This document shows positions 57,550 to 64,000 of a DNA stretch of 64,000 bases, in pieces. The stretch lies in NCBI RefSeq assembly GCF_036803785.1, contig NZ_DAIRTR010000001.1:8222-72221 (forward strand). Direction: 5' to 3'. Numbering within the stretch: position 1 is the stretch's first letter; the number at the start of each line of letters is the position of its first letter. The position numbers were made by a program, and so were the translations under genes. Origin of the DNA: Pelomicrobium sp. GTDB lineage: Bacteria > Pseudomonadota > Gammaproteobacteria > Burkholderiales > UBA6910. The notes under the pieces were generated by a model, which made no database searches, had not been told where the DNA came from, and saw only the letters and a list, made by a program, of their open reading frames with translations.

Positions 57550-58635
57550 GTGGCCCCAATCTGGCGCTTGCTCGATACGGGGGTTCGCCGGGCGGCGGAG
57601 AACGTGGCTCTCAATCGGGCCCTGCTGGAAGCGCGCCAGGCGGGGGAAGCCCCTCCCACGCTGCGGTTTCTCCAGTTTCTCCCCGCAGCCCTGCTCGGCT
57701 ACCACCAGAGCGCCGAGCAGGAGCTCGATCTGGAGCGCTGCGCCGCCGAGGGTGTTGCCGTGCAACGGCGCATCACCGGCGGGGGCGCCATCTACATGGA
57801 CCAAGGCCAGCTCGGCTGGGAGCTCTATCTCTCCCGCCAGGAGCTGGGAACGGCGGACATGGGCGCCATCGCCCGGCGCATCTGCGAGGCGGCGGCGGAA
57901 GGCATCCGCGCCCTTGGCGTGGATGCCCAGTACCGGCCCCGCAACGACATCGAGGTGGGCGGGCGCAAGATCTCCGGCACGGGCGGCGCTTTCGATGGAG
58001 AGGCGCTCATGTACCAGGGAACCCTGCTAATCGAGTTCGACGTGGAGCGCATGCTGCGGCTGCTGCGCATTCCCGCGGATAAGCTCTCGGACAAAGCGAT
58101 CAGCTCCGCCCGGGAACGGGTGACGAGCCTCGCCGAGCTGCTGGGCGCTGCACCCTCCCTTGCGGGCATCAAGGCCCGTCTCGCTGAGGCCTTCGCCCGA
58201 TCCTTCGGCGTCGATTTCGTTCCCTCGGGGCTTACGCCGCCGGAGGAGGCCCGCTACCGCCAGGCCCTGGCGGAAATGGATCATCCCGACTGGGTGCACC
58301 TGCTCACCCGCCCCAGGGCAGAGCAGCCCTTGCTGGAAGCGGCGGAGAAATTCCCTGGGGGATTGGTGCGCGCCGCCGTCCTTTATGACGCCACGGGCGG
58401 GCGGGTGAAGCAGGTCTGGTTCACTGGAGACTTTTTCGTGCGACCGAGGCGAGCGGTGATGGACCTGGAAGCCCACCTGAAAGACGTGCCCCTGGATCGC
58501 CTGGAAGAGCGGGTGGAGGCCTTTTTCGCCGGGCGGTCGGTCGACCTGCTCATGCTGAGGCCTGCCGATTTTGCCCAGGTGGTGCGCAAAGCGCTTGCCT
58601 CCCGATATGCCACCGCCCGTGAGGAGCCCTCTTGA
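57550..58635 (+). CDS. slpl(AB): Lipoate/octanoate-protein ligase, sLpl(AB) type
   Basis: 361 aa with LplA-family motifs (RRITGGGAIY, GGRKISGTGGAF with the catalytic Lys). It has a GTG start after AAGGAGG. Confidence 0.8.
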   Translation: MAPIWRLLDTGVRRAAENVALNRALLEARQAGEAPPTLRFLQFLPAALLGYHQSAEQELDLERCAAEGVAVQRRITGGGAIYMDQGQLGWELYLSRQELGTADMGAIARRICEAAAEGIRALGVDAQYRPRNDIEVGGRKISGTGGAFDGEALMYQGTLLIEFDVERMLRLLRIPADKLSDKAISSARERVTSLAELLGAAPSLAGIKARLAEAFARSFGVDFVPSGLTPPEEARYRQALAEMDHPDWVHLLTRPRAEQPLLEAAEKFPGGLVRAAVLYDATGGRVKQVWFTGDFFVRPRRAVMDLEAHLKDVPLDRLEERVEAFFAGRSVDLLMLRPADFAQVVRKALASRYATAREEPS

Positions 58636-59697
58636 ATGACCCAGCGTTGTGATCTCCTGGTGGTGGGTTTGGGTCCGGCGGGAGGCGCTGCCGCAGGAAC
58701 GGCGGCGCGCCGGGGACTTCGGGTGATCGCCCTGGAGCGCAAGCGGGTGGTGGGATTGCCGGTGCAATGCGCAGAATTCGTGCCTCTCCCCCTCGGCCGC
58801 TGGACCCGAGACCCGGGGGTGTGCTTGCAGCGGATCGAAGCTATGGAAAGCGAGCTGCTCTCGGGGCATCGGGAGCGCACCCCTTTCCCGGGCCTGATGG
58901 TAGACCGGGCGGCCTTCGACCAAGCCATCGTCCGGGCGGCCCGCGACGCGGGTGCCCAGGTGCAGACGGGTACGCGCCTCGTCGGCATCGACCTGTCGCG
59001 GCGGCGAGCGTGGGCAGAAGGGCCCGATGGGCCCCTGGAGGTAGAGTTCAAGCTCCTGGTAGCTGCGGACGGGCCCCGGTCCCGGGTGGCTCAGGCTTTG
59101 GGATTCCCACCCCTGGAATGCGTGGAGACTCGGCAATACACCGTACCCCTTACTCAGCCTAGCGCGGTCACCGAAGTTTGGCTCTCGAATGACTATCCCG
59201 GCGGTTATGCATGGTTATTCCCCAAGGGTCCCTGGGCCAACCTGGGATTGGGCTTGGACCGGGCCTTTGCGCCCGACTTGAAAGAGCCCTTGGAAGCGCT
59301 CCATCGGCAGTTGCAGGAAGAGGGCCGGGTCGGCCGCGAGATCGTATCCCGTACGGGAGGTTTGATTCCCGTAGGCGGATTGCGTCGGCAACTGGTGGAG
59401 GGCCCCCTGCTTTTTGCCGGTGACGCGGCCGGATTGACTCACCCTATCACGGGGGCCGGGATTGCGGCGGCGGTCATATCCGGCGAGCGGGCGGGCGAAG
59501 CCGCAGCCCGCTACTTGGGCGGGCAGGCGCAGGCGCTAGAGGATTTCGAAGAAGACGTGCGCGACCAATTCCAGACATCGATCGAGCGCGCGGTCGAGCG
59601 ACGGCGCTGGCTCGACGAACGGTGGCATACGCCTGCCGCCAGGGTCGATGCCACGTATCGGAGGGGATGGATCGCATTCGGCGAATACTTTGCTTGA
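58636..59697 (+). CDS. lipT: FAD-dependent oxidoreductase of the geranylgeranyl-reductase family (LipT)
   Basis: 353 aa with the N-terminal Rossmann motif DLLVVGLGPAGGAAA and the motif GDAAGLTHPITGAGI. Confidence 0.7.
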   Translation: MTQRCDLLVVGLGPAGGAAAGTAARRGLRVIALERKRVVGLPVQCAEFVPLPLGRWTRDPGVCLQRIEAMESELLSGHRERTPFPGLMVDRAAFDQAIVRAARDAGAQVQTGTRLVGIDLSRRRAWAEGPDGPLEVEFKLLVAADGPRSRVAQALGFPPLECVETRQYTVPLTQPSAVTEVWLSNDYPGGYAWLFPKGPWANLGLGLDRAFAPDLKEPLEALHRQLQEEGRVGREIVSRTGGLIPVGGLRRQLVEGPLLFAGDAAGLTHPITGAGIAAAVISGERAGEAAARYLGGQAQALEDFEEDVRDQFQTSIERAVERRRWLDERWHTPAARVDATYRRGWIAFGEYFA

Positions 59698-59736
59698 CTC
59701 AACGGCCATCAGAGCCGAGCCTAAAGGAGGGGGAGA

Positions 59737-60036
59737 GTGAAATTTGATATCACCTTTTTTATCAGCGTTGCCGCGATTCTGGTGATGTTCTATTGCTTGA
59801 GCCTGGTCCTGGTATTGAGGGGAAGCATACCCGGTGGCGTCGTCGGCAGAACCTGGCGGCTCCTGACGCTCCTCGTAATGCTATTCACCGTGGGCTACCT
59901 GGCGACGCCATTTTTCCCGCTGTTGCCCCCGGACGTGGCCAACCTGATCGTGTCGTTGATCTTCCTGTTCGGAGCGGTCTATGTAGTGATCACGGTGCGC
60001 CTCATCTACCGCATCATCGAGGAGCTCTCGGGGTGA
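59737..60036 (+). CDS. Small hydrophobic protein (3 predicted TM helices), unknown function
   Basis: 99 aa with a GTG start after GGAGGGGGAG. It is inserted between lipT and lipS2. Confidence 0.4.
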   Translation: MKFDITFFISVAAILVMFYCLSLVLVLRGSIPGGVVGRTWRLLTLLVMLFTVGYLATPFFPLLPPDVANLIVSLIFLFGAVYVVITVRLIYRIIEELSG

Positions 60037-60040
60037 GTGC

Positions 60041-60526
60041 ATGGACTCGAACAGCATTCTGGTCAAGACCACCAAGGGCCGGGACGAGATCGAGACCCGG
60101 CGCCACGGACTCGGTGTCCGACTACGGCAGGCCCTGATCCTGGTGGACGGACGTTCTACGGTAGCTCAACTGGTGACCAGAGCAGCGGGGTTGGGGGACA
60201 TCGCGCCTTTGTTGCAGCAGCTGTACCGCGACGGGTTCATCGAGGTCGTCGGCGCACCGCTGCAAACAGGAGCCGACGCACTGCCGGCAAGTCCTGAAGC
60301 GGCCGCTTCGGCCAAGCAGGCCCTGATTGCCGTGGCCCGGGCGGTGCTCGGTGCCCAGGCGGGTAGGGTGGTCCAGCGGTTGGAGGACGCCGAGGAGACG
60401 CCACGGGCGCTGGCAACGGCCGTGGACGGTTGTTACAAACTGATTCGCCTAGTGATCGACGAAGCCAAGGCGGAAGAATTTCACCGGCGTGCCGCCGACA
60501 TCGTCGCCCGGCTAGGAAAGACGTGA
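60041..60526 (+). CDS. Hypothetical soluble 161-aa protein, unknown function
   Basis: Starts 4 nt after the previous stop. Codon usage looks coding, and I recognise no family. Confidence 0.45.
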   Translation: MDSNSILVKTTKGRDEIETRRHGLGVRLRQALILVDGRSTVAQLVTRAAGLGDIAPLLQQLYRDGFIEVVGAPLQTGADALPASPEAAASAKQALIAVARAVLGAQAGRVVQRLEDAEETPRALATAVDGCYKLIRLVIDEAKAEEFHRRAADIVARLGKT

Positions 60527-60538
60527 CGAGGACCCAGG

Positions 60539-61669
60539 ATGAACGCAACGCACGAACCCGTTCAACCCATCCGTTTCTACCGTCCTAACTACCACATCAA
60601 AACGCCTCAGATGCGTTCGCCGGAGTACGTGCAGATGAGCACGGCGGCGGCCATCACCCTGGGGCTCATCCCAGGAAAAATGCACCGCACGGCCTGCACC
60701 CATTGCCTGAACCTGCTGGTCACCTATCCGGAGGGCTGCCGGGCCAATTGCGCTTACTGCGGGCTCGCCCGGCACCGGGAGGAGGCGCGGGATTACGCTG
60801 ACCGCAATTTCATCCGCGTGGACTGGCCAACCGTACGCTATGACGAAGTGATCGAACGGGTAAAGGCCGCGCAAGACCGGGGCCAGTTTCAGCGCATGTG
60901 CATTTCCATGATCACCCATCCGAATTCGGACCAGGACACCTTCGTTCTCCTGGAAAAATGGGTGCGGGAAATCCAGCACATTCCGGTGTCCATCCTGTCC
61001 AATCCCACCACCATGGACAAGGAGGACTTGAGGCGCTTGAAGGCCATGGGGGCGGACATTTTCACCGTGGCCTTGGACGCGTGCACGCCGGCCATCTTCG
61101 ACCGCCTCCGGGGCAAGGGGGTGGACAGCCCTCACAAGTGGGAAAAATACTGGCAGGCGATCGAATGGGCGGCCGAGGTGTTCGGTCCGGAGAAATTCGG
61201 CGCCCACCTCATCTGCGGCCTGGGGGAGACGGAACGGGAGATTCTAGAAGTGGCACAGCGGATCAAGGACCTGGGGGGGCACAACCACATGTTTGCCTTC
61301 TTCCCGGAGCGGGGTTCTCTCATGGAGGACTGGCCCCCGGTGGACCGGGCCCAGTGGCGCCGGGTGCAACTTGCCCGCTTCATCATCGATTACGCGGGCG
61401 GGCGCGTGGATGCCATGCGGTTCGACGACGCGGGCCGGGTGATCGACTTTGGGCTTCCCGAGGAGGAGCTGGAGCTCCTCATCCGCTCCGGTAAGCCTTT
61501 TCGCACCTCCGGCTGCCCAGGCAAGGACGACGAGGAGGTTTCCGCCTGCAACCGTCCCTATGGGGATTCCAGCCCCACCGATATCCGCTCGTTCCCGTTT
61601 GCCCTGAATCGGCGGGACGTGGCCATCGTCCGGCGCCAGCTACGGGGCGAGAACGTGGGCACCTACTGA
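60539..61669 (+). CDS. lipS2: Radical-SAM lipoyl synthase-like protein (LipS2 by gene order)
   Basis: 376 aa with the CX3CX2C motif CRANCAYC and biotin/lipoyl-synthase-like architecture. The assignment rests on synteny only. Confidence 0.6.
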   Translation: MNATHEPVQPIRFYRPNYHIKTPQMRSPEYVQMSTAAAITLGLIPGKMHRTACTHCLNLLVTYPEGCRANCAYCGLARHREEARDYADRNFIRVDWPTVRYDEVIERVKAAQDRGQFQRMCISMITHPNSDQDTFVLLEKWVREIQHIPVSILSNPTTMDKEDLRRLKAMGADIFTVALDACTPAIFDRLRGKGVDSPHKWEKYWQAIEWAAEVFGPEKFGAHLICGLGETEREILEVAQRIKDLGGHNHMFAFFPERGSLMEDWPPVDRAQWRRVQLARFIIDYAGGRVDAMRFDDAGRVIDFGLPEEELELLIRSGKPFRTSGCPGKDDEEVSACNRPYGDSSPTDIRSFPFALNRRDVAIVRRQLRGENVGTY

Positions 61670-61810
61670 GTAAATAAACGGAATAGCCCTTACCCGGGCA
61701 TTGGGGCGGGGCTGACATTAGCACTCAATAATATTGAAATTTAATAAATGGCATCCTAGGATGTTTAAGAAACTTACGGCCCGTTCGGGCCATCTTCAGG
61801 AGGACCCACT

Positions 61811-63148
61811 ATGAGGAGACAGCGGAATACCCTGGCCACGGCCTTGACCCTCGGCTGCGCCTGCCTCTCCGGCGCTGCCCTTGCCACCGACGGCTACTTC
61901 CAGGAAGGCTACGGCATGAAAAACAAAGGCATGGGGGGCGCGGCCACGGCCCGGGCCGTCGATGCCTTTGGCGGCGCGAACAATCCCGCCAGCATGGCCT
62001 TCCTGGGTAATCGCCTGGACGTGGGCCTCGGCGCCATGGTCTTCAGCCCGATCCGGGAGTCGAGCCGCTTCGGCAGCGGGCCGGCGGGCCTCGACGGGAC
62101 CGCGGAAAGCGACCGGAACTTCTTTTTGGTTCCCGAGTTTGGGGTGAACTGGATGTTTAGCCCCACGCTCGCGCTGGGGGTGACCGTGTACGGAAATGGC
62201 GGCATGAACACCGATTATCCCGGCGGCCAGATTCCAGCGGCAAGCGCCTGTGCCTTTTTCAACCCGGGCCCGTCCAGCTACAACCTGCTGTGCGGCGAAG
62301 GCCGCTTGGGCGTCGATCTCGCCCAGGTGATCATCGCCCCCACCCTGGCCTACAAGTTCCATCCCAATCATTCCATCGGTGTGGCGCCTCTTCTCGCTGG
62401 CCAGCGCTTCGCGGCGAAGGGGCTCCAGGCCTTCGCTCCCTTTTCCACCGACCCGGCCCACTTCACCAACCGGGGACATGACACCTCCGTCGGTGCGGGG
62501 GTGCGCGTGGGCTACTTCGGCAGGCTTACCCCCAGCTTCTCGGTAGGTGCTGCCTACTCGACCAAGATCTACATGGATGAGTTCGACAAGTACAAAGGCT
62601 TGTTTGCCGAGCAGGGGGATTTCGACATCCCGGAAAACTACAACGTGGGGATCGCCTGGCAAGCGACTCCGAAGCTGACCATCGCCTTCGACTATCAGCG
62701 CATCAACTATAGTGACGTGAAATCGGTGGGTAATCCCAGCAGCCTGCTGCTCGGTTGCGTCGGGGGTAATCTCTCCAACTGCCTGGGGGGCTCGAACGGA
62801 GCGGGCTTCGGCTGGCAGGATGTCAACGTGTTCAAGCTGGGCTTCGAGTATCAGTACAACCCGCGCTGGACCTTCCGCGCCGGCTACAACCGCAGCGACA
62901 ACCCTATTCGGGCCGAGGACGTCACCATCAACATCCTGGCGCCCGGGGTGATCCGGGACCACGTGACCTTGGGAGCGACCTACACGACCCCTACAGGCGG
63001 CGAATGGACCTTCTTCTACATGCACGCCTTCAATCATGGGGTGACCGGCCAATCCATGTTCACCAGCTTCGGCGCGCCTCCCACTACGACCGAGACCATC
63101 AAGATGCATCAAAATTCGGTCGGCATCGCCTATAGCTGGAAGATGTGA
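61811..63148 (+). CDS. Outer-membrane hydrophobic-compound channel (FadL/OmpP1/TodX family)
   Basis: 445 aa. It has a signal peptide (LGCACLSGAALA), an N-terminal hatch region (GYGMKNKGMGGAATA) and alternating beta-strand sequence through to the C-terminus. Confidence 0.8.
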   Translation: MRRQRNTLATALTLGCACLSGAALATDGYFQEGYGMKNKGMGGAATARAVDAFGGANNPASMAFLGNRLDVGLGAMVFSPIRESSRFGSGPAGLDGTAESDRNFFLVPEFGVNWMFSPTLALGVTVYGNGGMNTDYPGGQIPAASACAFFNPGPSSYNLLCGEGRLGVDLAQVIIAPTLAYKFHPNHSIGVAPLLAGQRFAAKGLQAFAPFSTDPAHFTNRGHDTSVGAGVRVGYFGRLTPSFSVGAAYSTKIYMDEFDKYKGLFAEQGDFDIPENYNVGIAWQATPKLTIAFDYQRINYSDVKSVGNPSSLLLGCVGGNLSNCLGGSNGAGFGWQDVNVFKLGFEYQYNPRWTFRAGYNRSDNPIRAEDVTINILAPGVIRDHVTLGATYTTPTGGEWTFFYMHAFNHGVTGQSMFTSFGAPPTTTETIKMHQNSVGIAYSWKM

Positions 63149-63245
63149 GGGAGAAGGCCGCGGTCGGATTCAAGCGCCGCGGCCGGCATAGCGCCGCCGT
63201 GGCCTTGGCCGGAGGGGACAGGACGCGCGCCAGGGAGGTGATCGC

Positions 63246-63761
63246 ATGGATATCGCAGGAAGGCTATTCACGCTGGTTCTGATGGTGGCAAGTGGGACGG
63301 CAGGGGCGGCACCGGTCATGATGTCAGCTGAATGGGCCGATGCCTTGTGCGCAGCGTGGAACAACGATCCCGTGCTGCAAAACAAGCTGGTCGAATCGGG
63401 CTGGGTCAACAACCACAAGGGGCGAGGTTACAAGGTCATGCAGCTCTACCGGGACGACTGCCCGGAAAGCCCCCGCGTCGAGCTCCGAGTCGCGGAGAAA
63501 GACGGCAAGGCGACCTGCGTCTATGGCGGTAGGGCGCACTCGCCGCTGGATGACTCGACCGACTACCTGATGTGGGCGAGCACCCAGCGCTGGCAGGAAA
63601 TGGGACGTGGCGACTATGGTCCCATGCGGGCCATGCTGTTCGGGCGGCTCCATTTCCAGGGACCCATGGGAGAAGCGATGGGCAATATGGGACCCTTCGC
63701 CAGCTTCTTGCTGCTGGTGGGCAAGGTGTCGGGGGACGCCTCTTCCTGCCCTGCGCGGTAA
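63246..63761 (+). CDS. Secreted SCP2 (sterol-carrier-protein-2)-like domain protein
   Basis: 171 aa with a signal peptide (LVLMVASGTAGAAP). The SCP2-like C-terminal pattern reads MRAMLFGRLHFQGPMGEAMGNMGPF. It contains four Cys residues. The family call is tentative. Confidence 0.45.
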   Translation: MDIAGRLFTLVLMVASGTAGAAPVMMSAEWADALCAAWNNDPVLQNKLVESGWVNNHKGRGYKVMQLYRDDCPESPRVELRVAEKDGKATCVYGGRAHSPLDDSTDYLMWASTQRWQEMGRGDYGPMRAMLFGRLHFQGPMGEAMGNMGPFASFLLLVGKVSGDASSCPAR

Positions 63762-63795
63762 AATGGGGACATCTTTCGAGGATGTCCCCTGCGAG

Positions 63796-64000
63796 ATGAA
63801 GCAGATTAACCTCACCGATGTGAGCCGGCTTAAGAACGAGCTGGCCAAGTACAAGAAGGGAAAGAAGCTCGACATTGCCCATTTCAACCAGGCGGCCCGG
63901 CTGGCCTGGCTCGGCAAGATCGTTTTGTGCCCCCTGGATCCGGAAGATCCCGACTGCCAGGCGTATCTCCTGTACCTGCCCCAACCGGAAGAGCTGGTGG
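63796..64000 (+). CDS. Partial ORF running off the window, unknown function
   Basis: From the ATG at 63796 there are 68 codons without a stop, with G+C-rich third positions. It is absent from the ORF track because no stop falls inside the window. Confidence 0.35.
   Translation, partial: MKQINLTDVSRLKNELAKYKKGKKLDIAHFNQAARLAWLGKIVLCPLDPEDPDCQAYLLYLPQPEELV

Noticed and set aside
1-64000. CRISPR arrays, defence systems, tRNA/rRNA genes, IS elements, integrases and prophage remnants
   Set aside because: I saw no repeat-spacer periodicity, no cloverleaf-like conserved tRNA segments in the intergenic regions inspected, and no transposase, integrase or phage-like ORFs. The lower-G+C island has no recognisable mobility genes or flanking tRNA within the window.

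Overview
This is a 64-kb, densely coding, high-G+C proteobacterial chromosome segment. Its gene content is that of a chemolithotrophic sulfur oxidiser; the species cannot be determined from the sequence alone. I saw no rRNA, tRNA, CRISPR array, transposase, integrase or prophage genes. The window falls into five blocks. (i) 1-16.1 kb is a C1/oxalate block: fdsB (partial)-fdsA, fhs, TerC, Usp, tctCBA, a cytidylate-kinase-like/BON protein, a cysteine-free Crp/Fnr regulator, oxc-frc, and a stand-alone formyltransferase resembling the N-terminal domain of 10-formyl-THF dehydrogenase. Three palindromes with the same TTGAC-N4-GTCAA core lie upstream of fhs, tctC and oxc. (ii) 16.2-22.9 kb is a signalling block: PP2C phosphatase, a double-FHA protein, a class-II cNMP-phosphodiesterase-like hydrolase, a GAF-GspE/PilB ATPase and a GAF-HD-GYP protein. 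(iii) 23.1-32.9 kb is an island that looks lower in G+C by eye. Two type IVa pilin paralogues with sigma54-type promoters bracket a TPR-containing GT-C-like membrane protein, a GtrB/DPM1-like GT2 and three more glycosyltransferases; a methyltransferase and a Wzx-like flippase follow. (iv) 33-61.7 kb starts with a MacAB-type efflux system. It continues as a contiguous sulfur-oxidation supercluster: soxYZB (no soxXA/CD in the window), a BepA-like protease, moaC, a cNMP-binding Ser/Thr kinase, soeABC, rhd-tusA-dsrE2, sHdr (hdrC1B1A-hyp-hdrC2B2, with an apparent frameshift near the hdrA 5' end), lbpA1-dsrE3-lbpA2, and the dedicated lipoate-assembly genes lipS1-slpl(AB)-lipT-(two unknown genes)-lipS2. 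(v) 61.8-64 kb holds a FadL-family outer-membrane channel, a secreted SCP2-like protein and a partial ORF. All family assignments rest on motifs read from the translations and on synteny; no database search was possible. Many long ORFs in the six-frame track are antisense or out-of-frame shadows typical of high-G+C DNA and were not called.
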